From: Chitinophagaceae bacterium
Lineage (GTDB): Bacteria > Bacteroidota > Bacteroidia > Chitinophagales > Chitinophagaceae
Direction: 5' to 3'
DNA length: 64,000 nucleotides
Assembly (NCBI GenBank): GCA_947454155.1
Contig: CANGIT010000013.1
Coordinates: 27,495 to 91,494, forward strand
Part shown: positions 20,303 through 33,223 of the stretch, in pieces
How positions within the stretch are numbered: position 1 is the first letter of the stretch
Layout of the letters: each line of letters opens with the position of its first letter
Notes under the pieces: model-generated
What the model was told of the DNA's origin: nothing
The model's database searches: none
Seen by the model: only the letters and a program-made list of their open reading frames with translations
Position numbers and translations under genes: made by a program

Positions 20303-21439
20303 TCAGCATTCCTTCTTCAGCCACATCACATTTCTGTCTTTCAGGTATTGTAATACAAATTCGAAACAGGCAACATCGGATCCCACCAGCTCGGGCGGAA
20401 ACACACCCTTCTTGCCAAAGAGTCCTTGTAAAATGAGTTCAACCGCAGCCGTACAGGTATAGCCTGTGGTTCGCGACATGGAAGATATTCTGGAAACGGG
20501 ATCATAGCGGTCTATCATTGAATAACTGACTGTTTTTCCATTACCCTTTACCGTTACTTTCATGATCGTCAATTCGGGTTCTTCTTCTCCAAGCTTCCAC
20601 TCGTTTAGCAATAGCGAAGTAGAAAAATCGATTGGACGAATCGGCATACCATTTACTTCTACCAGAGTTTCGCCGAACAAACCGATTTTTTTCATGGTTT
20701 CAATCAGTTCGATATGACCAGGATAACGCAAGGTTTTTTCTTTGAGATTGGGAATATGACGCATGGTATCCACCAGCGAACGCAACCCATCGGTATTGAA
20801 GGCTTCCAATATACCCACCTCTGCATCTATATCTCCAAAATCCATCATTTCCCTTTCGCTGAGTGCAGGCCTGGTTACCATCTTGCCGTCTTCTACAAGT
20901 CTTGCAGGACGCGTATATTCTTCAATAACATCGATGGGGGAAAACGGTGCTTTGTATTCGAAGGGTTGTTTTCTTATTTGCGGCAACCCTCCTACATAAC
21001 ATTCAAAGCTGTCGATATTCATCAGCTCATTGTACCGGCCGATGATGAAATTGCTCATACCCGGAGCAACGCCGCAATCGGTAATTACGGTAACTCCTTT
21101 TTCTACTGCCAGATGATGCAAAGACAAGGCGTCTTCGGGAAAGAAAGAAATATCTACAATGGATTTGCCACATGCTATCACCGCTTTCAAGGTTTCAAAT
21201 CCCATAAAGCCGGGAACGGCGGTAACCACCAGATCAAAAGGTGAAAGCCATTCGTTGAATGATTTTGTATCCGACAAATCGGCTTGGATAGTTTGTATGC
21301 TGCTGTTTCTTTTGTTGAGTATGGAAAGGTTGGACGTTGAAATGTCGAAAGATGTCACTTCGTGACGGTCTGCCAGATCAAGGGCGATGGCGCGGCCAAC
21401 CATGCCGGCTCCTAAAATTGCAATTCTTTTGTTTTGCAT
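20303..21439 (-). CDS. Saccharopine dehydrogenase family (lysine 6-dehydrogenase-like)
   Basis: IAILGAGMVG Rossmann motif, DCGVAPGMSN, FNTDGLRSL, EKTLRYPGH; likely start ATG 21439. Confidence 0.85.
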   Translation of the reverse strand: MQNKRIAILGAGMVGRAIALDLADRHEVTSFDISTSNLSILNKRNSSIQTIQADLSDTKSFNEWLSPFDLVVTAVPGFMGFETLKAVIACGKSIVDISFFPEDALSLHHLAVEKGVTVITDCGVAPGMSNFIIGRYNELMNIDSFECYVGGLPQIRKQPFEYKAPFSPIDVIEEYTRPARLVEDGKMVTRPALSEREMMDFGDIDAEVGILEAFNTDGLRSLVDTMRHIPNLKEKTLRYPGHIELIETMKKIGLFGETLVEVNGMPIRPIDFSTSLLLNEWKLGEEEPELTIMKVTVKGNGKTVSYSMIDRYDPVSRISSMSRTTGYTCTAAVELILQGLFGKKGVFPPELVGSDVACFEFVLQYLKDRNVMWLKKEC

Positions 21440-21508
21440 GATGATGTTTCGTTGTAGGAACAAATATACTCGTTGAAAGGAAAAGGCGGTGATTTGCTTT
21501 GTTGCTTT

Positions 21509-23632
21509 TTAACTCAGCAACTGATAGGCAATAAAACTGAAAAGATAGGCAAGTCCTGTCATGACCACCAGTTGAATGATTGGCCATTTCCAACCACGGG
21601 TTTCTCTTTTCACCACAGCCAATGTACTCATGCATTGCATGGCTAAAACATAAAATATCAACAATGACAATCCTGTGGCCAGTGTGTATACTTTTTCTCC
21701 TTTATCATTAACCGCTTGCGCCATTTTTTCGCGCAGTGTACTATTGCTGTTATCATCCTCATCGCCTACACTATACAATGTGGCCATTGTACCTACAAAC
21801 ACTTCTCTGGCGGCGAAAGAGGTAACCAGGGCGATCCCGATTTTCCAATCATAGCCCAATGGATGAATTACGGGGGCTATCTGCTTTCCAATGATTCCAG
21901 CATAAGAGTGTTGCAACACTGCATTTTTTTCTTCTCTGACCAACTGTTGGCGATTCTCTCCAGATGCACTTTTTATTTTATTGGCGTAAGACGCTTTTAC
22001 CCTTTCCATTTGATGGCCTGGCCCAAAGCTACTTAGTCCCCACAACAGCAAACTGATGATCATGATGATTTTACCCGCGTCGAAAACAAAAATTCTGGCC
22101 TTTTCATACATGGTGTAAAACATGTTTTTCCAGCGGGGACTTCTGTATACGGGAAGCTCCAAAATGAAAAAGCTTTTTTCCTTGGTATGAATAAAAAACT
22201 TGAGCACCCAGGCCAGCCATACCGCCATTACAGTACCAAAAAGATAAAGCGACATCATCACCAATCCTTGCAGACTGACGAATCCAAAAAATATTTTTGA
22301 AGGAATAATCAGCGAAACTAGGATGTTGTACACCGGCAACCTTGCACTGCAACTCATGAAAGGCGTGATTAATATGGTGAGTAACCGCTCTTTTTTGTTT
22401 TCGATGTTTCTTGCACTCATGATAGCGGGCACCGCACAAGCATAACCGCTGATCATGGGCATAACGCTTTTTCCGTTCAGACCTGCTTTTCGCATAAGCT
22501 TATCCGTTAAAAAGCTGATTCTGGCCATATAGCCGCTATCCTCGAGTAAGGTGATAAACCCAAACAGAATCATGATCTGTGGAACAAAAACCAGTATTCC
22601 GCTCAAGCCGGCCAGCACACCATTGATGAACAAATCGGAAATGTGCCCCGAGGGTAATGTTAGCGCAAACCAATGGCTCATCTTGCCAAACCCCCATTCG
22701 ATAAAATCCATCGGATATTGCGCAATCCAGAACACGCTTTGAAACAGGAAAAAAAGCACCATTAGCAAAATCAAATAACCCCAGGTACGATGAAGTAAAA
22801 TGTTGTCTATTTTTTCTGTTCTTTTTGATCTTTTTTGCGGGTCCGATTCCATCACATTTTCTTCCATGATCTGCTTGATGCGTGCGTAACGCTGCATGAT
22901 CTCTTCGGCCTGTGTTTTGGTGGGATTGAATTTATTGCGGATTTCTATCTGATCAATTTCCTTTGAAATCGCCGGTGAGATGTCAAATATTTTGTGATTG
23001 ATAAGATAATGGATGGCTTTATAATTGCTTAACTCGGGGAGAATGACTTTTACCTCTTCAATGGCGCGAGGTGCCAACATTGTATTGTAAATAAAATCGG
23101 AATGTGGCTTTTCGGGCTGTGCCGCAATTTTTTGAACCAGCGTCTTTTTCAACAGGTCTATTCCTTTTTTCTTTCTTGGATTGACAACCACCACAGGCAC
23201 ACCCAATTCTTCTTCCAATCCGGCAAGATTGACTTTTATTCCCTTTTCTTTGGCGAGATCCATCATGGTCAACGCTACCACTACCGGAATTTTTAAATCA
23301 ATGATTTGACTGCAAAACAACAGATTCCTTCTCAGTGTGCTGGCATCCGCTACCAGCAAAATCAGATCTGGATACACCTCTTTGTCTTGCTGAAGTAAAA
23401 CCTTGTAAGCAACCCACTCATCTGCTCGTTTGGGATATAGGCTATAGGCGCCCGGCAAATCAATCAAATTGACAGAAGTGTTTTCGGAAAGCTTGCAAAC
23501 ACCCGATTTCTTATCTACCGTCACGCCAGGAAAGTTTCCCACTTTCTGATGCAAGCCCGTCAGCTCGTTAAACAAGGATGTCTTGCCGCTGTTCGGATTG
23601 CCCACCAACGCTATGTTCAGCAATGATTTCAA
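21509..23632 (-). CDS. feoB: Ferrous iron transporter B
   Basis: GNPNSGKT, GNFPGVTVD, DLPG, PFMSCSARLP; likely start TTG 23632, just downstream of a TATTTTTG promoter element. Confidence 0.95.
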   Translation of the reverse strand: MKSLLNIALVGNPNSGKTSLFNELTGLHQKVGNFPGVTVDKKSGVCKLSENTSVNLIDLPGAYSLYPKRADEWVAYKVLLQQDKEVYPDLILLVADASTLRRNLLFCSQIIDLKIPVVVALTMMDLAKEKGIKVNLAGLEEELGVPVVVVNPRKKKGIDLLKKTLVQKIAAQPEKPHSDFIYNTMLAPRAIEEVKVILPELSNYKAIHYLINHKIFDISPAISKEIDQIEIRNKFNPTKTQAEEIMQRYARIKQIMEENVMESDPQKRSKRTEKIDNILLHRTWGYLILLMVLFFLFQSVFWIAQYPMDFIEWGFGKMSHWFALTLPSGHISDLFINGVLAGLSGILVFVPQIMILFGFITLLEDSGYMARISFLTDKLMRKAGLNGKSVMPMISGYACAVPAIMSARNIENKKERLLTILITPFMSCSARLPVYNILVSLIIPSKIFFGFVSLQGLVMMSLYLFGTVMAVWLAWVLKFFIHTKEKSFFILELPVYRSPRWKNMFYTMYEKARIFVFDAGKIIMIISLLLWGLSSFGPGHQMERVKASYANKIKSASGENRQQLVREEKNAVLQHSYAGIIGKQIAPVIHPLGYDWKIGIALVTSFAAREVFVGTMATLYSVGDEDDNSNSTLREKMAQAVNDKGEKVYTLATGLSLLIFYVLAMQCMSTLAVVKRETRGWKWPIIQLVVMTGLAYLFSFIAYQLLS

Positions 23633-23732
23633 ATTGATTTTTCTCTTTGCAAAAATAATGTTTATGAATTTGAACCTATTACGAAATGAAGAAAGATAGA
23701 TTGGGCTAACTTTGTTTTCAAACAATCTCTTT

Positions 23733-25361
23733 ATGAAATACTTCTTCTTTGTTCCTGCATTGTTGTTTGCCTTCTCCATAAAAGCTCAATCCGATAAGCA
23801 GCTGTTGAAAGACCTTCGTAAAAGCGTTTATTATCTGGCCGATGATAAACTGGAGGGAAGAAGAACCGGAACAGCAGGCGAAAAAAAAGCATATGAGTTT
23901 CTGGAGAAAAAATACAGCGCCAATGGACTTGAGCCCTTATTCAATGGCTCCTTCATACAGACATTTGAAATAAACGAAGGTGTAAAGTTGGGGGATGATA
24001 ATAAGATTGCCTTAGGTAACAACCGGTACGATAAAAGCGAGGACGTATTTGCCTTGCCATATTCTAAAAACGGCGGCTTCAGTATTTTATCCATGGAAAA
24101 TGGCTTGACAGAGAATATATTTTTATACGATTTGTCAGTACTAATGGCCGAAAACAGCAACAATCCGCATTTTGACCTGGAAGAAGAAGCCTATCAAAAA
24201 ATAAAAACAATCAGTGAAAACAAAAAGCATGAACTGATTTTAGTGTATAACTCAAAAAACGACAGTACTGCTGATATCAAATTTGATTCTCGGAACAAAA
24301 GAGCAACGCTGAGTACTATCGTGCTTTTCTCTACAAACAATTTCAAGCAAAATCTTCAGCGTCAAATCAGTGCCGAAAACCCCTTTTATGGAACAATCTC
24401 CATTGTACCCAACATAAGATGGGGTCACAATGTTTCGGGATGGATCAACAACCATGCTGCGCAAACCATTGTGCTTGGTGCACATTACGACCATCTTGGT
24501 TATGGCGAAGACCACAATTCGCTTTATTCGGGAACTACGCCCATGATTCATAATGGAGCAGATGATAATGCCAGCGGTACCGGAGGACTTCTGGCGCTGC
24601 AAAAACTTCTTAGCACCAATAACGAAAAAAAATTCAACTACTGTTTTGTTTCTTTCTCCGGAGAAGAGCTCGGTTTATATGGATCAAAATATTTTACCGA
24701 ACACTCTCCTGTTGATCGGAATTCGGTGAACTACATGGTGAACATGGATATGATTGGCCGTCTCAATGACAGCACACATGGCCTTACTATTGGAGGATTT
24801 GGCACATCACCCGAATGGGCAAAACTCATCAACATCAATGATGCTTATTTTAAAATTAAGGTTGACAGCGCCGGTAGCGGACCCAGTGACCATACTTCTT
24901 TTTACAAGAAAGATATTCCTGTTTTGTTTTTCTTTACCGGCACACACAGCGATTATCACAAGCCATCGGACGATGCCGATAAAATCAATTTTGAAGGAGA
25001 ATTGAAAATCGTGAGGTACATCCAATCCATTATTTCACAGACCTCTTCCCTGGAAAAGCTTGCTTTCACCAAAACAAAAGAAGCGGCCAACTCTGGTAAA
25101 AGCACATTTAAAGTAAGCATGGGCATCATGCCGGATTACACTTATAGTGGAAACGGCGTTCATGTGGATGGCGTAAGTGAAAACAAGCCGGCCCAAAAAG
25201 CCGGAGTGAAAACCGGAGATGTTATTTATCAACTGGGGGATTTCATCGTTAGCGATGTACAGAGTTATATGCAGGCATTGAATAAAATGATAAAGGGAGT
25301 GCCGGTGAAAGTGAAAATTAAAAGAGGCAATGAAGAAATTGAGCTAACCGTTACTTTTTAA
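23733..25361 (+). CDS. M28-family peptidase with C-terminal PDZ domain
   Basis: GAHYDH, NGADDNASG, GEELGLYGS, NMDMIG, SDH, HSDYH; GIMPD PDZ; signal peptide from ATG 23733. Confidence 0.9.
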   Translation: MKYFFFVPALLFAFSIKAQSDKQLLKDLRKSVYYLADDKLEGRRTGTAGEKKAYEFLEKKYSANGLEPLFNGSFIQTFEINEGVKLGDDNKIALGNNRYDKSEDVFALPYSKNGGFSILSMENGLTENIFLYDLSVLMAENSNNPHFDLEEEAYQKIKTISENKKHELILVYNSKNDSTADIKFDSRNKRATLSTIVLFSTNNFKQNLQRQISAENPFYGTISIVPNIRWGHNVSGWINNHAAQTIVLGAHYDHLGYGEDHNSLYSGTTPMIHNGADDNASGTGGLLALQKLLSTNNEKKFNYCFVSFSGEELGLYGSKYFTEHSPVDRNSVNYMVNMDMIGRLNDSTHGLTIGGFGTSPEWAKLININDAYFKIKVDSAGSGPSDHTSFYKKDIPVLFFFTGTHSDYHKPSDDADKINFEGELKIVRYIQSIISQTSSLEKLAFTKTKEAANSGKSTFKVSMGIMPDYTYSGNGVHVDGVSENKPAQKAGVKTGDVIYQLGDFIVSDVQSYMQALNKMIKGVPVKVKIKRGNEEIELTVTF

Positions 25362-25394
25362 TCCTTATTTTTAAACAACAGATTTTCAAACCTC

Positions 25395-25829
25395 TTGAAA
25401 TTAAAAATAGATAACGATCTGCTGGCGGAAGAGTTCTTCGAGAACACACATTTGCTGGGCATTGTTGCACCATTAAAAAACTATCAGTTCACCTGGCACA
25501 TCAACCAGCATATCGGTTATTCTTTTCGGGTAAACAATGAAATGGAAATTGAGTTGATGGTAAAGATGAGAAAGTATTTTTTTTCCATTTATGAATACAG
25601 GGTGCCCAACTCTTCCATATTCCACTATCTCTATCACAATCAGCACATGGGCGAATACTTATTGCCTGAGTTCAAGCATCTCGATTTTTTGTGGTTGATC
25701 CGTGGCGAAGATCTTGATATGAATGAGATTGCCATGCTGCAACAGGCCATCAAAAAAATTCCCCATGTTCAGTTTGTCAACGAGGTTACTCCCGACAAAA
25801 TAAAAAACAAGCTGCGATTGATATTTTAA
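25395..25829 (+). CDS. IPExxxVDY-family protein
   Basis: LLPEFKHLDF variant motif; Bacteroidota family pattern. Confidence 0.7.
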   Translation: MKLKIDNDLLAEEFFENTHLLGIVAPLKNYQFTWHINQHIGYSFRVNNEMEIELMVKMRKYFFSIYEYRVPNSSIFHYLYHNQHMGEYLLPEFKHLDFLWLIRGEDLDMNEIAMLQQAIKKIPHVQFVNEVTPDKIKNKLRLIF

Positions 25830-25833
25830 AATA

Positions 25834-26889
25834 TCAGTTGAGTACTAAGATTGTCTTTTCTCCTTTTGATTTAAACGCCCCAATAGGTTCAATAAACTCT
25901 GCCAACCCGTTTGCTATGAATACATCCTGAACTTCTTTCAAGCAATCTGGATTAACACTGATAAGCAATCCACCATTGGTTTGCGGATCAGGCAGCAAAT
26001 TGAAGGCTTCCATCACATTAACTCCTTTTTCAAAACCAGTTTTTGTACTGTAGCTGTTCCAGTTTCTGTAGGTGGCATCGGGTACCACACGCTTAGCCAA
26101 ATATTCTTTTGCTCCGTCTATCACAGGAATCTTAGCATAAAATAAATCTGCTGACAGGTTGGAGCCCTCAGCTATTTCAATACAATGGCCAAGCAGGCCA
26201 AATCCGGTTACATCCGTCATTGCTGTAACGCCCTTAATTGATCCAAGGGTTTGACCAATCTTATTAAGTTTCGACATACTGTCAATCATAATCTTCTGAT
26301 GATCACTTTCCATCACTTCTCTTTTTTGTGCTGTTGACAATATGCCGACACCAATCGGTTTGGTTAACAGGAGCAGATCGCCAGCATTTGCGGTATTGTT
26401 TTTCTTAATGGCATCTGTAGCTATTACTCCGGATACCGACAATCCAAATATCGGTTCAGCAGAATCGATGCTATGGCCTCCGGCCAGGGGTATTCCGGCT
26501 TCTGCACAAATTGCACGAGCGCCGCTTAACACTTGCTGTGCCAACCCGGGGCTTAGTTTTTCAATGGGCCATCCCAGTATAGCAATGGCCATCAATGGTT
26601 TTCCGCCCATGGCATAAACATCGCTGATAGCATTTGCTGCTGCGATTCTTCCAAAATCATAGGGATCGTCAACAATAGGCATGAAGAAATCTGCTGTTGA
26701 AATTAATGCCGTTCCATTTTCCAGATCGTACACGGCGGCATCATCATTACTTTCTAATCCGATCAATAAATTTTTTATGCCCGTCGTATTCTTTTCTCCT
26801 TTCAATATCTCCTCGAGTACATTGGGGGCTATTTTGCACCCGCAACCTGCACCCTTCGAATATTGAGTCAATCTGATTTTATCTTCCAT
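25834..26889 (-). CDS. selD: Selenide, water dikinase (Cys-type)
   Basis: GAGCGCK (TGC codons), DDAAVY, TADFFMP, AANAISDVYAMGG, DVTGFGLLGH, DPQTNGGLL. Confidence 0.96.
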   Translation of the reverse strand: MEDKIRLTQYSKGAGCGCKIAPNVLEEILKGEKNTTGIKNLLIGLESNDDAAVYDLENGTALISTADFFMPIVDDPYDFGRIAAANAISDVYAMGGKPLMAIAILGWPIEKLSPGLAQQVLSGARAICAEAGIPLAGGHSIDSAEPIFGLSVSGVIATDAIKKNNTANAGDLLLLTKPIGVGILSTAQKREVMESDHQKIMIDSMSKLNKIGQTLGSIKGVTAMTDVTGFGLLGHCIEIAEGSNLSADLFYAKIPVIDGAKEYLAKRVVPDATYRNWNSYSTKTGFEKGVNVMEAFNLLPDPQTNGGLLISVNPDCLKEVQDVFIANGLAEFIEPIGAFKSKGEKTILVLN

Positions 26890-27935
26890 TATTGATTTGA
26901 TATGGTCTGTAATATTGTTATTGCATTTTTTTGAACATCAGTTGTTGATGATGTTATTTTTTTCAGCAACAGTTCAAGATTTTCTCTTTTATGCATGGAT
27001 TTGTCGTACTCACGATCATAATATCTCAAAAGCAATTCAAAGGCGGCCTTGATGTTATTGGCAGCCAAAAATGCGATGGTCATTTTTGTTTCGTTAGGTC
27101 CGAATCTTTTCTGAATACGCAACACGGCTTCTGTCAGTTTTTCTACAGGAAATACACCATATTGTTTGGTGATGAGCTCCAATCGTTCATCAAAGGGAAT
27201 GTCTATAAACAATATTTTATTTTTTCTGATGGTTGCCCACAATTGATGGGGTATATTCAGAACGCCAATGCGCTGACTTTCATCTTCCAGCCAAAATGAG
27301 TTTTTGTTTTTGTAGTAGAGCTCAAGCGCAAGTTTGTTTTCAAACATCTCCTGAGTAGGTTGTTGAGGCTGGCCCAAACCGCCAAAAGCCGATCCTTTAT
27401 GATGAGCCAATCCTTCAAGATCTATGATGGATTGACCTTTTGATTGCAGCTGAGTAAGAATTTCCGTTTTTGCGCTGCCGGTAAATCCACCCAATACATT
27501 TATTTCATAAGGCTTCGAAAATTGTTCCAACACCCAACTTCTATAGGCTTTATAACCGCCAACAAGAATAAACACGTCAAAACCATACAAATCAAGCAAC
27601 CAAGCCACTCCGGCACTTCTCATTCCACCTCGCCAACAATGTACAATAACCGATGAATTTTGTTTTTTTAATTGTTTGAGGATGAGCTCCACCTGTTCAA
27701 TGATAGGCTTCATCTTAGGTCCAAAAAAATCTAGACCTTGTTTTACAGCAAACGTTTTTCCCTTTTGCTTATAAAGTGTTCCTACTTCTGCTCTTTCTTG
27801 ATCCGAGAATAAGGGAAGAGAATGAGAGCCGGGAATATGGGCGTGAAGAAATTCGGCTGGGCTTCTTACATCAAATACCGGAGTGGTTTTCAACAGTTGG
27901 ATAAGATCCTGGGTTACGATTTTTTTAATGGCCAT
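26889..27935 (-). CDS. mnmH: tRNA 2-selenouridine synthase (SelU/YbbB)
   Basis: Rhodanese DVRSPAEF, HCWRGGMRS, GFTGSAKT, DLEGLAHHKGSAFG; 1-bp stop/start overlap with selD. Confidence 0.95.
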   Translation of the reverse strand: MAIKKIVTQDLIQLLKTTPVFDVRSPAEFLHAHIPGSHSLPLFSDQERAEVGTLYKQKGKTFAVKQGLDFFGPKMKPIIEQVELILKQLKKQNSSVIVHCWRGGMRSAGVAWLLDLYGFDVFILVGGYKAYRSWVLEQFSKPYEINVLGGFTGSAKTEILTQLQSKGQSIIDLEGLAHHKGSAFGGLGQPQQPTQEMFENKLALELYYKNKNSFWLEDESQRIGVLNIPHQLWATIRKNKILFIDIPFDERLELITKQYGVFPVEKLTEAVLRIQKRFGPNETKMTIAFLAANNIKAAFELLLRYYDREYDKSMHKRENLELLLKKITSSTTDVQKNAITILQTISNQ

Positions 27936-27969
27936 TGAAAGTTGAGTGTTCTTTCATAAAAATAGCTTT

Positions 27970-28422
27970 TTAATGGTTATCGAAATCGAAAATATTATTG
28001 AACAAATGCATGGCGGTGTATTCTTCCGTTTCTTCCTCCAAGGTTATTTTTTCGTGAACAAATTTTTGGTGCTGAATATATTTAAACACGTTTGAAACAA
28101 TGGACTCTGATACCGAATAGGCTGTATAACCGGTTTGCCAGGAGAATTTTTCATCCGTCAGATTATTATAGTTGATGAAATGGGAGGTAGATCCCTTGAT
28201 GTGTTTTACGGTTTCGGCTACAGAAACTTGAGCATTCATTAAAAAGAGACAGTGCACATGATCGCTCGAACCATTGACGATGTTGAGTGTACAGCCAATT
28301 TCATACAGTTGTTTTCGGATGTAAGCATATAGTCTTCTTTCGAGTTTTGTGGTGATAAGTTGTTTTCTGTCTTTCGTAGAGAAAATTACGTGTATCCAAA
28401 TTTTGGAAAGGGTTGCAGCCAT
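27970..28422 (-). mobile_element. tnpA: IS200/IS605-family (Y1 HUH) transposase TnpA, possibly RAYT-like; no tnpB seen
   Basis: WIHVIFSTKDR, HUH motif DHVH, WQTGY, catalytic Tyr helix KYIQHQ. Confidence 0.88.
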
Positions 28423-28466
28423 AAAAAATTGTTTAGGGTAAAAAATATTTTTTGTGTTTGTTTGTA

Positions 28467-28488
28467 TAGCACGATTTAAATCGTGCTA
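28467..28488. repeat. REP-like perfect palindrome, copy 3
   Basis: TAGCACGATTTAAATCGTGCTA, 45 bp upstream of the tnpA start. Confidence 0.9.
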
Positions 28489-28626
28489 CGGCAATAATGT
28501 TTGTGGCTGCAATTTCAATGGGGGGGATAAGATATCCAAGTTGAAAACACTGTTATCAAGGGATTATTTTCTGATCAATGCGTGATTAAAAAAACGCCTG
28601 TTTTAATTTAATTTTCGGTTTCATGG

Positions 28627-28652
28627 CTTTGCACGATTTAAATCGTGCAAAG
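28627..28652. repeat. REP-like perfect palindrome, copy 4
   Basis: CTTTGCACGATTTAAATCGTGCAAAG, 26-bp palindrome; core 162 bp from copy 3. Confidence 0.9.
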
Positions 28653-28781
28653 TGAATTTCTTCTTTATTTTTCTTGCAAATTCACTCTCCCTCAACAAAA
28701 ACGCCGCGTATTTTTCTTTTCTCTTTGTGTATTTTTCTTTTCCTGATTAAATCTCTACCTCTTGTTATTAATTTATGCAAT

Positions 28782-28807
28782 AAAAAACCCGTACAAAATT
28801 GTACGGG
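28782..28807 (-). terminator. Intrinsic terminator downstream of rho
   Basis: CCCGTACA-aaat-TGTACGGG preceded by A6 on + (U-tract on the minus strand). Confidence 0.8.
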
Positions 28808-28844
28808 CCTTAATTTGATATGTATCGAAACTTGCGTGAAGTTC

Positions 28845-30476
28845 TTAACCATTCATTGATGTCAAAAACTCGGCATTGTCTTTTGTTCCCTTCATGTTTT
28901 TCAAAAGCATGTTGATGGCTTCTTCCGGATTCATGTCTGCTATGTGCTTGCGCAATATCCACATGCGCTGGAAGGTATCTTTATCCAACAACAAATCGTC
29001 TCTTCTGGTAGAAGAGGAAACAATATCTATGGCAGGATAAATTCTTCTGTTGGAGAGTTTTCTTTCCAATTGCAATTCCATATTGCCGGTACCCTTGAAC
29101 TCTTCAAATATCACCTCGTCCATCTTGCTTCCCGTATCCACAAGGGCTGTGGCGATGATGGTAAGCGAGCCTCCGTCTTCAATTTTTCTGGCTGCACCAA
29201 AAAATTGTTTGGGCTTTTGCATGGCATTAGCTTCCACACCACCCGACAATACTTTTCCGCTTGATGGGGCAACAGTATTGTGGGCACGTGCCAATCTGGT
29301 AATCGAATCCAGCAAAATGACAACATCATGTCCGCACTCTACCAGCCTTTTGGCTTTTTGCAAAGCAATGGTGGAAACTTTTACATGCTTCTCTGCTGGC
29401 TCGTCAAAAGTTGAGGCAATCACTTCGGCCTTCACACTCCTTTCCATATCTGTAACCTCTTCCGGTCTTTCATCTACCAACACAATCATCAAATAACACT
29501 CCGGATGGTTTTCTGCAATCGCATTGGCCAGCTCTTTAAGCAACATGGTCTTACCTGTTTTAGGCTGCGCTACAATTAATCCACGCTGACCTTTACCAAT
29601 CGGCGTAAACAAATCCATGATTCTTGTGCTGAAGTTGTCTGCCTTGGTGGTGAGGTTCAGTTTTTCAAATGGAAATAATGGGGTAAGATAATCGAAAGGA
29701 ACACGGTCTCTGACTTCTTCCGGACTTTTACCGTTGATGGTTTCCACCTTCAATAAGGCAAAATACTTTTCTCCGTCTTTTGGGGGTCTTACAGATCCGT
29801 TTACAGTGTCTCCGGTTTTTAAACCAAATAATTTTATTTGAGAAGGCGATACATAAATATCATCCGGGCTGGACAAATAGTTGTAATCGCTACTTCGTAA
29901 AAAACCATATCCATCGGGCATCATTTCCAATACACCTTCTCCGGGCACAACACCGTCAAATTCTATGTTGAAGGCTGGCGGACCGTTTCTGTTATATTGT
30001 GGTTGACGAATTTCCTTGTTTATTGTTGGATTGGGTTGTTCAAGTTCTACTTCCGGCTGTTGAATATCTTCTTGTTGCAACATCTGAGCTATAGCTGCCG
30101 GAACAGTTGTCTCCTCGTCGGAAATAGGCTGAATTTCCTCATCCATTGGAGCCGCTTCTGTGCGCTGTTTTCTGGCCATCACCTTTTTAGGCTTGGGTGT
30201 CGCAGACACTTCACTTTTCTCTTCTTCTTCTTCTTTTTTCTCAGGAAAAAGTGTTTCGCCGGATTTTTCTGTTTCTGACGCCTTGGGAATTCTTTTTCTT
30301 TTTGGTTTCTCTCCCTCAGGTGTGGTTTTATCTTTTGCCATGGCCTGTTGTTTTTCCAGAATCTTTTGAATAAGATCTTCTCTGGATATTTTTTTTGTGT
30401 TGGTGATTTTCAGCTGATCTGCAATATCAAGTAGCTCTGGAATGAGCAACTCATTCAGCTGTGATTGTTCATACAT
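28845..30476 (-). CDS. rho: Transcription termination factor Rho with N-terminal disordered insertion
   Basis: [40 protein letters not shown]. Confidence 0.97.
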   Translation of the reverse strand: MYEQSQLNELLIPELLDIADQLKITNTKKISREDLIQKILEKQQAMAKDKTTPEGEKPKRKRIPKASETEKSGETLFPEKKEEEEEKSEVSATPKPKKVMARKQRTEAAPMDEEIQPISDEETTVPAAIAQMLQQEDIQQPEVELEQPNPTINKEIRQPQYNRNGPPAFNIEFDGVVPGEGVLEMMPDGYGFLRSSDYNYLSSPDDIYVSPSQIKLFGLKTGDTVNGSVRPPKDGEKYFALLKVETINGKSPEEVRDRVPFDYLTPLFPFEKLNLTTKADNFSTRIMDLFTPIGKGQRGLIVAQPKTGKTMLLKELANAIAENHPECYLMIVLVDERPEEVTDMERSVKAEVIASTFDEPAEKHVKVSTIALQKAKRLVECGHDVVILLDSITRLARAHNTVAPSSGKVLSGGVEANAMQKPKQFFGAARKIEDGGSLTIIATALVDTGSKMDEVIFEEFKGTGNMELQLERKLSNRRIYPAIDIVSSSTRRDDLLLDKDTFQRMWILRKHIADMNPEEAINMLLKNMKGTKDNAEFLTSMNG

Positions 30477-30792
30477 AAAATATCAGGAATGCGTTTTCAA
30501 TGAATAATTACGCTCTAATTTGAATTAGATATATGTTGCGGTTGAAAATTGGTGATGATGGAACCGATGTTGTCGTTGAACCGACATTGTCGAAGTGAAT
30601 CTTATTTTCGATTCCATTGCAATATTAAGCAGAATTTGTTTAACAAAACAATTTTTTTCATCTGCACTACTATGGTTGAATGTGCCTTCAATCAAAATCC
30701 GGCCTTCCTCTTTTTTTGTTTGCCTACCGTTTTTTCCAATAAAAAAGCAAGAGATGGTTTCTCTTGCTTTTTTATTGTTGCCGGCAGTACAA

Positions 30793-33090
<2,298 letters not shown>

Positions 33091-33158
33091 TCATCCTCGT
33101 GGAGGACTTTTGCCAATTTGTAGTCGTGGCGACCTATTATTCTTTTTTGTTCAGCCGC

Positions 33159-33190
33159 CAAAGGTATCTGAGTGTGTTTGATAAATCAAA
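33159..33190 (-). promoter_or_regulatory. katG housekeeping-sigma promoter, in the probable OxyR control region
   Basis: Minus strand TTTG-N20-TACCTTTG, an exact match to the Bacteroidota -33/-7 consensus; divergent oxyR starts 34 bp away. Confidence 0.75.
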
Positions 33191-33223
33191 TTGATTATTT
33201 TTATAAAATTATAAAGGAAATCT

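Noticed and set aside
23633-23779. Apparent feoB / M28 peptidase head-to-head overlap
   Set aside because: Artefact of over-extended ORF starts; the likely starts (23632 and 23733) leave a normal divergent promoter gap.
26830-26889. Selenocysteine (TGA) in SelD
   Set aside because: The active-site motif is encoded by TGC codons (GCGCK), so this is Cys-type; no read-through is needed.
6460-28652. Palindromic repeats as a CRISPR array
   Set aside because: Only two copies per locus, 160-190 bp spacing, no regular spacers and no cas genes in the window.
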